Positions 15,011 through 26,999 of a stretch of 64,000 nt of DNA are shown here, in pieces. Every line of letters starts with the position of its first letter. Within the stretch, counting starts at the first letter, position 1. Location: positions 1,499,674 through 1,563,673 of the forward strand of contig MU057651.1 of NCBI GenBank assembly GCA_013265495.1. Direction: 5' to 3'. Below the pieces are notes generated by a model, which did not search any database, was not told the DNA's origin, and saw only the letters and a list, made by a program, of their open reading frames with translations. The stretch is from Vicugna vicugna. Lineage: Eukaryota. Position numbers and translations under genes: made by a program.

Positions 15011-15621
15011 TGCGACAGGAAGAGGGCAGGGCACAGCCATTCAAGGAACAACACAGCAATTAACAGCAGGATGGCTGACGATTCAACCCCCAGTAGGCCT
15101 TGAGGCTCAAGATGGTGGGAGATGATTAGACTTCTAGTAGACCTTGAACTTCATTATATGCCTATTGTAATATATTAACATGCCCACAAGCGCTAGTCCC
15201 AAGGCTAGCCACAAAAGGTCAAAGAGTGGGAAATGGCCAACTTCCTGGGAATCCCAGCCCCTTCCCCAGGCTAGTTAGACTGGTCCTTCCACTTACTAGC
15301 ATATGAAGCTACCAAGCCCATAACATAAAAACTCACTGCCCCTCACAGCCGCCTCTCTCCCTCTTTGGAGACGGACCGCACTCTGTCTGTGGAATGTGTA
15401 CCTACTTTGACTCTAATCTGAGCACCCAACCCCACTCCTCATGGCATTTTTCTTGCCTTTTGATGTATCTCTAAATAAATCTACCTTTACTCAACTGTGG
15501 CTCGCTCTTGAATTTCCTGTGCAAAGCCAAGGACCCACACTTGGCGGGGCACGTCCCGGGGGCTCAACTGAAGCCTGGGACACGGCCTTTCTCACGCCTC
15601 ACATCTGTTTTTCCTGCATCA
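15011..15621 (+). mobile_element. ERV solo LTR, family A, copy 1
   Basis: TG...CA termini; AATAAA at 15474; near-identical to the copies at 16324 and 29130; 4-bp flanks agac/atac. Confidence 0.9.
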
Positions 15622-16323
15622 ATACCACAGACAAATGGGCTCAGAAAGGCGAAGTGACTTGCCTAAGATCATACCAGTTCTTGGCAGAACAAGGGCTAGA
15701 ATTTGGGTTCAACAGCAGAGGCCAGAGCAAGCTTGTTCATTGACTTGGCCATCTGACCTTTTCTCCTCCTGTGCTTTATATTCTTTGAATCCACTCCTGT
15801 CCTACCCACAGTCTAACCTGAAAGTCAAATGCATGCATGATCACCCACAAGCGAAAAACAGTGCACAATCCCAATATTATATGAAGAGTTATTAGTAAAA
15901 ACAAGCTGCATGTGTATGGGGGAGAATGAAGAAAGAGGCCTTTGTCTTGATCTGAGTATTTGCTTACTGCTTCTTTCCCCCCCACCCCATTCAATCAACA
16001 CCAGAATTCATTCCACAATTATTTCTTGAGTTTCTATTATGTGCCTAGGAATATGCTAGACAAGTGGGCAATCTCTGCCTTCAAGGAACTTAAAATCTAG
16101 CTAGGGAGACCAGACCAACAAAGATTAGATAACAACACAGGAAAGAGGTGTAAATACAAACTAAGTAGGTAAAAGCTGCGGCCACAAGGGCAAATCTTGC
16201 ATATTTCAAGTGAGCTGCACAGGCAGCGAGGGTAAGAAGAATTTCATAGTTGAACATCAGGCAAAACTCATCTGTGGAGGGAAAGGTCCGCCCGGTAATG
16301 AAGGGAAACAGAATTTGTCACCC

Positions 16324-16959
16324 TGATACAGGAAAATCGGATATGGGGCGTCAGGAGAGGTGTATCCTATGCCTCAGTTGAGCCCCTGGGATGTGACCCA
16401 CCAAGTGTGGGTCCTTGGCTTCGTGCAGGAAAGAATTCAAGAGCGAGCCACAGTTGAGTAAAGGTAGATTTATTTAGAGCGATACATACTGCATAGAGTG
16501 CAGGCTGTTTCAGAAGGCAAGAGAAAGGCCATGAGGTGTGGGGTTGGGTGCTCAGATTAGAGTCAAAGTAGGTACACATTCCACAGACAGAGTGCGGTCC
16601 GTCTCCAAAGAGGGAGAGAGGCGGCTGTGAGGGGCAGTGTTGCCAGTTTTTATGGGCTTGGTAGCTTCATATGCTAGTAAGTGGAAGGACCAGTCTAACT
16701 AGCCTGGGGAAGGGGCTGGGATTCCCAGGAAGTTGGCCATTTCCCACTCTTTGACCTTTTGTGGCTAGCCTTGGGACTAGCGCTTGTGGGCATGTTAATA
16801 TATTACAATAGGCATATAATGAAGTTCAAGGTCTACTAGAAGTCTAATCTCCCACCATCTTGAGCCTCAAGGCCTACTGGGGGTTGAATCGTCAGCCATC
16901 CTGCTGTTAATTGCTGTGTTGTTCCTTGAATGGCTGTGCCCTGCCCCCTTCCTGTCTCA
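16324..16959 (-). mobile_element. ERV solo LTR, family A, copy 2 (inverted relative to copy 1)
   Basis: Reverse complement aligns end-to-end with 15011-15621; flanks accc/acca; interrupts a MER34-like LTR. Confidence 0.9.
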
Positions 16960-17324
16960 ACCAACTATATGTCTCTTTGGCGTAAGGATTATTTTAGGCT
17001 GATTATTTTTAAGAAACAGACACAGAAGTTACCCTTTTGTAAGAGACGTTTACATTTACAAGGGAAATCTCCATTTGTTAAGGTGCCACCCTGGTATACC
17101 AGGAAGAGAGAGATGACTAAATCTCTAGAAACTCTTAATAGTGAGAAGGCTACAATTAAATCTGCATAACAACCTTACTCTTATTTACTGTGGTTTTTTC
17201 CTGGTCACCTTGCATAACTGGTTCCCTCCACCCTCAGCAACCTGTGTCTTTAAAAGATAGTTCAGGTAGTGGCTTGTGCCGTTTCAGGGAGTTACTCAGT
17301 TTTGCTGGGTCTCTCCCATGTATG

Positions 17325-18652
17325 TGAAACTGAATCCCCTCTAAAACTGAGTTTCCAGGCTGAGTTTATTATTACCCTCTCTATCCAAAAGTTTATTCCC
17401 TTTCTTGTCCTGCCCCTGTTTCCCTCAGGACTGAGAAACATCAAAGAAATGGAGGGATTGAAACCAAGCAGGACTCTGTGGGGCCCTCCCAGTACAAAAG
17501 CCCCTCAGTGTCCCCCGTTGCTTGTCTGTAGAAAAAGGCTTTAGTCACCTAGGCCTTCCCTGGGTGCCAAAGAGCAGATACAGGCAGTTACTAATTAGGG
17601 AAGAGATGTTACCGAACATAGGTTCATGTGTCCAGGGCACAGTGAGGCCAAACCAACTAAAACAGAGTTTGGAGCAGAGAAAGGTTTATTGCAGGGCCAA
17701 GCCAGGAGAATGGGGGGCTCATGCTCAAAAAATCCAAACTCCCTGATGGTTTTTTGTGGAGTTTTTAATAGGCAAAATTTGGAGTGAGGGCTGAAGGGGA
17801 GTGACTTTCTTCTGATTGGTGGGCGGTGCTCAAGGATTCTTGTGCTCAGCCTGAAGTTCCCATCCTCCACCTGGATGGGGGCCTTAGTTCCTGCGGAAGA
17901 ACTCAAAGATGTTGTTATGTATATTCCTTGAGGAAGAACCAGGATCCTGCTTTAATAGCTGCACTATTTTTTCTTGACTGTTCCTCCCTTGTTTCTGCAT
18001 TCCCTCCCTGCCCTGATTAATAACTGTTTGAAACTGCCCCTTGGAACTCAGGGAATGTCTAGGAGGCTGAAGACTTCTTCCTATAAACATGAAATGGGGG
18101 ATACGGAAAGGATTTGTCCCCAGGAGGGTCTCAAAGTGTTCTGCTCAGTTTCAGTGAGGAAACGCAGAAACAAAAGAAAAGCAGTTAAATGAGGAAAGTA
18201 ATGACAATAGTTCAATGACAAAACTGAGCCCAAGTTCCTTCTCAAGGGAAATACATAACAATCTGACACAGATCTTTGAGTTTTCTGCAGGAACTAAGAT
18301 TCCAGCACTCAGGTGGAGGATGATGACTACTTGCTGAACACAAGCACATAGACCCCAGACTGGTTGGAACCAGAAGGTTGATGATTAAAATTCCAGAAGT
18401 ATCACTCCTGTTACTTCACCACCAACCAATCAGATGAAAGCTATGCGCCCTGCAGCCCTCACTCCAAATGTTGCCTTTAAAAACCCTTCCCTGAAATCCT
18501 CAGGGGAGTTCAGGTCTTTTGAGCATGAGCCACACGTTCTTCTTGCTTGGTGCCTACAATAAACACTGTGCTTTCCTTCACCACAACCCCATGTCAGTAA
18601 ATTGGCTTTGCTGTGCGGCAGGCAAGCAGACTCAAAGTTGAGTCCGGTAATG
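17325..18652 (+). mobile_element. ERV LTR, family B, nested in the MER34-like LTR
   Basis: Starts tgaaac, AATAAA near 18558, ends gtccggtaa(tg); flanks tatg/tata; host sequence rejoins across it. Confidence 0.65.
17607..18153 (-). mobile_element. ERV LTR related to family B, inserted antisense inside it
   Basis: Plus strand tgttaccgaac...ctcagtttca equals tgaaactgag...gttcggtaaca on minus; flanks gaga/gtga. Confidence 0.7.
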
Positions 18653-20385
18653 TATACAGGAGGCCTACATATTATTAAATGTCTGTTTCTCCCCTTTTGA
18701 TTTCTTTTATTGCAGGGGAGTCTCAGCCGAGAACCTAGAAGGGTAGAGGGAACATTCTTTTTCCTCCTCAACAGCAGTATCGCTCCGGGAGTTTGACTTG
18801 AGGGTACTGACAGGAAAGGTGAAAGAAGCCTTCTGGAGGGCAGGTGATGTTCATATCTTGATCTGGGTCCTGTTACACTGGTGCACACATATGTAAACAT
18901 TCATTAGAGCCCCACAGTTTAGAGTTTTGTACTTAACCGTATACCAATTATACCTCAATTTTTAAAAAGTTCAGAGAAGAGAGAAAACACCTGGAGCGGA
19001 CATTGTCAGGAACATCTTCATGAAGGAATAGCTGGTGTTTGATTGGAGGCATGGATGAATCTAGGCCAGTGGCTGTCAGCTCTGGCTACACTTTAGAATC
19101 ATGGGGCCCACACCCGACCAACCCAATCAGAAGCTCTGGAAGTAGGATCTTTGAGTGGGCATTTTATTTTTTAAACCAAGGTTGAGCACTACTATGGGTT
19201 TGATCACTACAGTAAGAAAATAAAACCAAGGCAGATCAAATACCTTTAAGTGGCATATAGTATCTCATTTAAGCCACATGCTAGACAACCCTGAAAGATA
19301 GGTACTATTGTTATGATCCTCAGTTTACCGATGGGAAAACAGAGGCTCATGTCATACTGCCTATAAGTGTCAAAGCTGCATTTCGTACTAGATCTATTTG
19401 GTCCAAAGCCTGAACCCATACATACTATTGCCTGCCAGCTGATCCTGTCACTAGGGAGGCATATGCAGATGCTCTTAGTAGATGAGCTGGCTGTCCATGA
19501 AGAGATCACCGCTTTTTAAATGTTTTTTTTTATTGAGAATTAACTTTCATATGCTAAGACGCATTATTAGTCTTAAGTGTACAACTCCATGAGTTTGACA
19601 AATGTGTATGCCCCTGTAATCACCACTCAGATCTTCCTGCCCCACCCCCAGTCAATCCCCACCCCTAGAGGCAACCATTGTTCTGATTTCTATCATCATA
19701 GATGAGTTTTGCTTAATCCTGACTGCCCTATCAGTGGAATTATAAACGTGTACTTAATTGTATCTGGCTTATTTTGCTCACTCTTCTGTCCTTGAGGTTC
19801 ATTAGATCACTTCTTACGGGATACTGAGAGTATAGGAGATGCTAAACCAATCACACCTGGGACCCATCAGGGCTCAGGGCTTTCACTGCTAAGCTGGTAA
19901 CTGTTACTGCTGGGAAGCCCTTCTCCACCCCATTCACTATAGTTTCAGCCGTGTTCACACTGCTGATGTTAACAATGGGGCCCCCATGATGTATTTCTAC
20001 TGAATTGTTCAAGACACATTAACCTCATACAATCTGGGAAGCAGAAGAGGCCAACTTCCTGGAACCAGAGAAAGATGTGTGCTGCAATGAACTTGGCCTC
20101 TGGACTCCAAAAGCCCCAGGAAGAATTCTGGTCCTCCTGGTTTCAGAAAAGTCCCAAAGAACATAATTAATATCTGGTGGGAGGAAGGAAGGGCATTTCT
20201 GGTGCAACCCCACTTTAGGAAAGTCTGATAAAGTCCTCATATTCCCGTCTATTCCTCCATCAGGGCTGAACCCAGAATGCCATGGCTGATCCCCAGGTAA
20301 CACAAACTGGACACTCTTGGAGCTACTCACCCTCTCCTTCCCTCATCCTTCTGCACCAAGCTAATGCCAGCCTCTTGTGTTCAGG

Positions 20386-20517
20386 TCCTTCCTTCCTTCC
20401 TTCCTTCCTTCCTTCCTTCCTTCCTTCCTTCCTTCCTTTTATATTGGAGGTACTGGGCATTGAACCCAGGACCTCATGCACACACTCTACCACTGAGCTA
20501 TTATCCCCACCACCCCC
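20386..20517 (-). mobile_element. vic-1-type SINE with (CCTT)n-expanded tail
   Basis: ggaggtactgggcattgaacccaggacctcatgc...ctctaccactgagcta preceded by a (CCTT)n microsatellite. Confidence 0.8.
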
Positions 20518-22419
20518 ATTCTCAGGTCCTGTCTATTTTTATAGGCAATTCCAAATTTCTAGATTTTCTAAGTTCATTGCTATGTGCTAGTCCATCATAT
20601 GGACACAGCTTTCCTCTCTCTCCATTCAAGGTCTCCAGCACGAGGTGACAATAACTCCATCTCTCACAATGATTTCTTTCATCAGAGCTGTGAGAGGCTG
20701 AGAATCACCATCCTTGAGTTCTATTTTCTGGCTTTATTTTAAGGATTTCCTTTGTGTAACCTTGAACTATGTTCTGTGGACTTTATTTTCAAGTCTCCTG
20801 GAGTCTCCAGACATCAAGCTAACTTTTCCATATGATTTCGTAGCCTCTGATGGATTTTTTGGTTTGATTGTTTGCTCCGGCGCCCTAACTTCTAACCTGC
20901 TTGATCCCTCTAGCAGCAATTTTCACTTGCTTGCCACTGGATCACTTGCTAAGAAACCTGACCCACTAGTTGAGAAAAATACTGTGTTCAGAGACAAAAA
21001 TTATCCAGGTTCTAGCCTCAGGTCCTTGATTTACAGCCTAATGTGCTTCGCCCTTTGGTTTCCTTATATTTGGCAGAAAGGTACAAATGCCAACCTCTCC
21101 CTGCTTCACAAGTATATGCCCAGGACAAGTAAGACTTTACACCTTGGGCTCTTTATACATCAGGCCATCTGATTGATAGATGACTTCAAAAGATGATTAC
21201 CATCATTAAATCTTAAATAATGGGAAAGCCATGCTTTCACAAGGGAAGCCACTTAGACATACGTATATCAGTTACACACCAAGAAAAGAAATAAAACCTT
21301 CAGTGACAGCACACACAAAAAGTAAGGTCTTTGCTTTGGGGGAAACTAACTGAACAGAACTGACATTATTAAACCTTTTATTTATGACCTAAAAAGCCCA
21401 AGTCAAGTTGAAGGAAAAGTTCAAGACTAACAAATTACTCCTCAAGCTTCCAAATTTAAACTTTCCCTTAATTCCATTAATCAGCTATCAGTGGAGAAAT
21501 GTTTTCTTGGCTCGTTGTCCTAAGTTACCACTTACTTTGTCATCAGAAATTCATTTTGTCATTGTTTAGCTATTTAAATCATGGAGCAGTCAAGTGGTTG
21601 TCTTTTTTCCAGGGGTTCCAAGAAAGGTCTGTGGTTAAATGTCACAGGCTCAGGCAGAGCCAAAACCTTGCTGGGGCATCCTGGGCAGAGCAGGGAACTC
21701 TTCAGGGCTTGGGCTGTCTGCTCTGCCCTTGATACAGCCTGGGGAAGACTGGCTGGGTAAAATGTCGTATAATTCAAAGCACAGGAGAGAACTGGCAGCC
21801 AGGATACTTGGGCTGGATTTGATTAGCTTGGGTTAGTCGCTCTTTTTATGGAATCTGAAAGGATTTCAATCGCTCACTTCTAAATTCTCTTCCAGCTTTC
21901 ATAGTCCTTGAAAATAATCGGGAATGTTGGTGTGACAAAACTGGCCTTACAAATCTGGGCTGCAGTTTGGAATCCTAGATAACTATCCTATTTGTCTCTG
22001 TCTATACCATGATGCACTAATGAAGAAATTGCTCCATTGAAAGGAGACATAAGCTGATTCATTCCAGGGCCAAGCTAGTCACAAGTGCATGGGAGATGGC
22101 AGACCCAGCATCTTCCTGAGGGAGGCTCATTTCTACTGGTTGTATTTCCTCACATCCTTTGTTATTGTTCTTTTCAGGAAACATGTATAGAGGGCCACTC
22201 TGTGCCAGGTAATATGCACAAACAGGTAATTTATAGCTGAAATTTCACAGATGACATGTATTTCGAGCATTAGGACACATCGGCGCCTCTCTTGTTTTTG
22301 CAGAAGTCAAATAGTGCAAGAAGTATTTTGTCTCTGATACTGAAATTAACATAAAAATAAGCATCAACTTTATTTCATCAATCAATATTTGAATAACCAA
22401 GTAAACAAACAAATCGGAC

Positions 22420-22660
22420 CTGAAATCAGAGAGACATGGGTTCAATTCCTTGCCAGTGATGAGCTTTTGCAACCCAGGCAAGTGACAATCTCTCATAGCC
22501 TTTTTCCTCATATGTGTTATATTATTCGAAGTGTCCACCTTCCAGACATCAAGCTAACTTTTCCATATGATTTCCATGTGATTGTGAGGATCAATGAGGT
22601 AATATATATGGAAAGTAGCTAGCACCCTGCCTGGCAAGTAAGCCACTCAATAACTATTTG
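22420..22660 (+). mobile_element. MIR element carrying a 34-bp foreign insertion
   Basis: MIR core-like ttcctcat...tgtgaggatcaatgag...gcctggca. Confidence 0.7.
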
Positions 22661-23689
22661 CTTTAGGGATTTTCCCCCTTTTCAATTCCAGATATTCATT
22701 TTTAATCCTAAAGCAGAAATCAAATCTCCCCCAAGTCGGTCAAGTGGGCTGATTTTCTGTGGTATAGAATCCCTTTTTACTTCTGTAGCCTCAGGTGGAA
22801 CTGACATCCTGTCCAGCCACAACATTGCAGGAGTGTTATTAGAAACCACACACTTTCCTGCAGGGGAGACAGAAGAAAGGAAAGAAAGAAAACCAAGCAT
22901 CTGGTCCATGTGCGATTGATTTTGAGATGTGGGCAAGCTGGCAGTTTGCAGTTGCTCTTTTCCTGAAGTGCAACGCTGTCAGAAATCAATATGCTAAAAG
23001 CAGTTTTGGAAAGCTAGCTCGGGAACCCCTGGAGGATTCTGAAGCTGTTGCTGCATCCATCCTAGCTCTATGCAAGTCCCTACCCTAACCTGCTGCTCTG
23101 TAAGATAAGCAGTCAGGGCACTATCTCCTTCCTCTCTGTTACAGAGAAGATAAAGCTATCTGGTCCCTTGTGGGGAGACCCAAGAGCTCTGAATCATTGT
23201 TCCAGCCATGGAGTCAGATTGAGGAAAATAGGTAGATTTCATATGACTTAAAATTACTAAGAGGTTCTGATATTAACACCCCCAATTGGAGCAGGTTAAA
23301 TAGTGTCCGGGGCAAGGTGAATTTGCATCTCTTCTGAGAATTCTTGAGGGGAAGCATGGCAGTAGCAATCAACTTCCAAATTGACACTTAGGTCGCAGTC
23401 TACACCTGAGAATTTTAATGTTACTGATGATAATAAAAACAATAACAGCTATCATTTATTGAGCATTATGTGCTAAATTATCTCAACACTGTGGGGAAAC
23501 CAAGGCTTACAGAGAGAGAGGGTAAGTAATTTGCGGAAGGTCCTATCAGTAATAAGAGGAGGGGCAAGTTTCCAACCCAGATCTGTCTAAATGCAGAGCC
23601 AAACCAGCCAACCTCTCCACCACCCTGTCTCTTGCACAGACTTTTATAGGACTGTGGCTTGTTCTTGCAAAATGACCAACTAGGTCTGG

Positions 23690-23825
23690 AGGACTCATTT
23701 GTGGACAGGAGCATAGCCTCTACTGTTTGGAACTGGGGAGTCAAGAAGCAAACGAGCCACAGAGTTTAAACCCAGGACATCAGCCTCATGATCATAGTAT
23801 TTTAATCATCTGAGCACTTGGTTAG
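23690..23825 (-). mobile_element. Possible ancient tRNA-headed SINE relic (MamSINE1-like)
   Basis: Minus strand gctcagatgattaaaatactatgatcatgaggctgatgtcctgggtttaaactc resembles a degenerate tRNA head. Confidence 0.3.
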
Positions 23826-24724
23826 ACCTCCTACCATTAAAGATGGGTAGGCTTTTTCCCTCACTGCTACAAATCAGGAAGTGATTTAGTTCTTTCAAGG
23901 ATTCATTTGGTGTAGCTGGCATCTGCTTTCAAAACACTAGGGGATTGAATATCTTCAGAGCAGTTCCCTCTTGGATGGGATTCTCCAGATATTGATGGAT
24001 TTGTTTCTAAGGAAACAGAGAGAGATAGAAAGAACAAACGAATAAGAGACAGGAATACTGATTTTGCCCTTGGATTGGCCCCAGCATGCTAATCATTTCT
24101 CTACACCAGGAGTTCCCAAAATGAACGTTTTATACTCAGATTCCTAGTTTATCTCCATGCATCCCAGCTGCTTTCAAGAGCTTCCCCAACTTGGTGCTAC
24201 CCTTTGTGGCAGAGCCTTAACTTCCAGGCCACCTCCTACTGCTTTCCTCAGTCTCTTCTCTTCATCAACCCTCTGTCTATTCTTTCATCCAGATTTCATC
24301 TCCAGATGCCCTCCTTCCCCTGGAAGGGATACTCAGCTTGACATGCATGTGACCCAGACAACTCATGATACACTATTAGTCCATAGCACAATGATAGATT
24401 CTGTTCCTTTCCGTACTTGATATTTCCTTTGCTCTGGCTTAGAAGTTAGCAGGAGCTATATGTGGAGAAAGGTACAATGTGTCATTAAGGTAGATAAATA
24501 ATAAGATGTGGTGACTGCATGAGACTCAGATGGAAGCTTTCTGCTTTCCCCTTTGGAATGGGCCATCTCTGACTTTGCATATTCTGGTTCTTCAGAGGTT
24601 TGTACAGCACAATGTTATATGAACTTAACCATGCAGATGAAGAGTGAAGGAGTCCACTAAAGAAAAATCTAATTGGACTTCAAAAGCAAATATAGTCTAA
24701 TTGGACTTAAAAAGCAAACAGCAT

Positions 24725-25085
24725 AATGCCTACAGGTAACAATCCTGTATTGTATACTTAAAACTTTGCTCAAAGGGTGAGTCGTATGTTGTGTTCTTAT
24801 CTCCCCAAAATAAATAAAGAAAGAAGGAAGAAGGAAGCTTTTGGAGGTGATGGATATGTTTATGGCATTGATTGTGGCGACAATGTCACAATTGTATAGT
24901 TATCCCCAAACTCATCAAATTGTAGACATTAACAATGTACAGCTTTTTGTATGTCAGTCATACCTCAATAAAGTTGTTTTTTAAAAAAGCAAACATAACT
25001 GGGTAGAGGGTACCTGGGTCTCTCAGTAACATTTCTTACAACTGCATGTGAATCGACAGTTCTCTCAAAATAAAGCGTAATTTGT
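24725..25085 (+). mobile_element. L1 (L1M-type) 3' fragments
   Basis: ggaggtgatggatatgtttatggcattgattgtgg...tacctcaataaag; aaaaagcaaaca repeated at the flanks as a TSD. Confidence 0.75.
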
Positions 25086-26999
25086 AAAAAGCAAATAAAA
25101 ATCTTTATATAGAAGATTCAGTCTAGAGTTTCTAAGAGAAAAAGATCAGTGGATAATTGGGTCCAAAGAGTTCTATTTCCTTCAAAGTTCAAAGGAACAC
25201 TGATTCTGGGTACAAAAACCATGACCTTATTAATATTCAATTGATTAAAGGTAAAAGAAGAAAAACAAAAATCAAATGAGAAGAATGAGATCTTTCTCAT
25301 GGTGTTGTTTATTCTCTTTTTGACTCTCAACACAATTTTCCCCCCTCAGCTGGGTCCACTACAATAACTAAAGCAGCTATATCATCTGACGGGGATGGTC
25401 ACTCCACTCTAAACAGCAGGGATCTCTCCAAATTGTGATTTTTAAACAAAGGATTGATCAGCCTTCTAGGGCCATTTGCATCCTCTGGGTCTCTCCCAAC
25501 CCTGCTGCTCCCTCTCTCTCTTGCTCTCACTCTTTTTCCCTTTCCCATCGCATCATCCAAAGATTGGATTTCATCCTGTTTTTCACAGGAGACAGACTAG
25601 GCTTGCCTGGAAAGAAAACATCCTCGGAGAGATTAGACTCTGACTAATTCTCATTTCCAGCATCTAAAGGCAGAGGATTAGATTAAAAAATAAATAACGT
25701 AATACTGTGCTCCAACTGCACTCTGCAAGTACTCTAATATATGGCATTTTTAATGGCAGCTGGCCAAGGTGCTTCTTAGAAGCAGGTGGCAGGTACTAAG
25801 TTGGTCAAAGGCCCTGTCCACCTAGGAAGAGGACAAGAGGAATAACTTAGAGTTAGAACAGAGAAATGACTTCTGGTTTTTCTTCCTGTTCTGATATAGA
25901 CATTCAGAGTCATAAGTTTCGCATGGAAGTCTGTGTTTGTGCAAGCTGGGGGAGGGAGGAGGGCAGAAATGCTGTTCTGTGACAGCCAGTACCTATGGCT
26001 AAGGGGGCCAAATAACCATCATCAAACAGGACAAGCCTGGGTTTCACTTCTTGTTCCTCCTGACGCTCCTCCAAAGGTCTTTCACTGCTCCTCACTTCTT
26101 ACTTTGATCTTTCTCTTCCTAACCCTGTCTCCTTCTGCTTCTCCTTCTCCCCTGGCCCAGAAAATTGTACTGACTTCCAAACACTGCCTAAAAGTGTTCA
26201 GATAGTGCCACCTGATTGGGGAACTTGGCAGGTATTTTCATCAGGCTCTCATCCTTGTCCCCTCCTGCTCTGGGTCAGCTCCCATTTCTGGGGTGAGACA
26301 TCCCAGGCACCCCAAATGGCCCACAGAGTAACACTTCTGAATCTGGCTACCTGCCTTGGGGCTAGCGGAGGGAAGGTGGGGGAAATGACTGGCCTGTGCT
26401 AAGGGGACTTCCTTGGCTGTTCTACTCTACAGAGAAGCACCACTGCAATCGGCGGCTCGGATATTTCCCTGCTTCCCAGCCTCCTCACTCCCATCTGCCA
26501 GGATTCTTGCCTAGTCCTCTGGGCAGGTGAAAAAAAAACCCTGCAAAAATGACTATTGCTGCTTAGATTGCTATAATAACCAGCAAGAGCAATGTTAGAG
26601 GTCTGTAGAGGATGAGAGAGGAACAATGGAAGGGAGAGAGATGGTATTCCCTGTCGGTTAGGCCAGTATTACAAATAAGACCAGGCTGTCACTGGCTTCT
26701 TTTATGGAGTCCCTTTTCCTCCTGTAGTGACAAGGGAAATCAGAAGGGGGAAGAGTTTTTCTAGGGAATCAGAAGAGAAACTGAAATCATGTTTCATAGA
26801 TTTAATTCTTTCCTTCATCAAAGGCAAGTTGAAATGGTGGCTTGATTCCCAAGTAAGGCAGTTGCCTGAGTGTGTGATGAGAAGAACAGAGTGAAGTGCC
26901 TGGTGCTACCTAATGGGTGCTGTCTGGGTAGCACTGTAGCATGATGGTTGATAGAGGCTCTGAGGTAGGGACAGGTGGTTCACATCTTCGCTTCTTCTG

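Larger units (their letters stand above)
16299..18773 (+). mobile_element. MER34-like ERV1 LTR split by nested LTR insertions
   Basis: Start tgaagggaaacagaatttgtcaccc...tatgtctctttggcgtaaggattatttt and end gaacctagaagggtagaggg...ctcaaca resemble MER34 termini. Confidence 0.7.

Noticed and set aside
15622..16323. Inversion of the spacer by LTR-LTR recombination
   Set aside because: Flanking 4-mers pair within each copy, and the MER34-like host is colinear across copy 2
20714..21172. 152-aa hydrophobic ORF
   Set aside because: Non-ATG start, T-rich composition, no recognisable homology
20806..22574. 34-bp direct repeat as a TSD or CRISPR-like repeat
   Set aside because: Only two copies; the second lies inside a MIR with no element bounded by the pair; eukaryotic context
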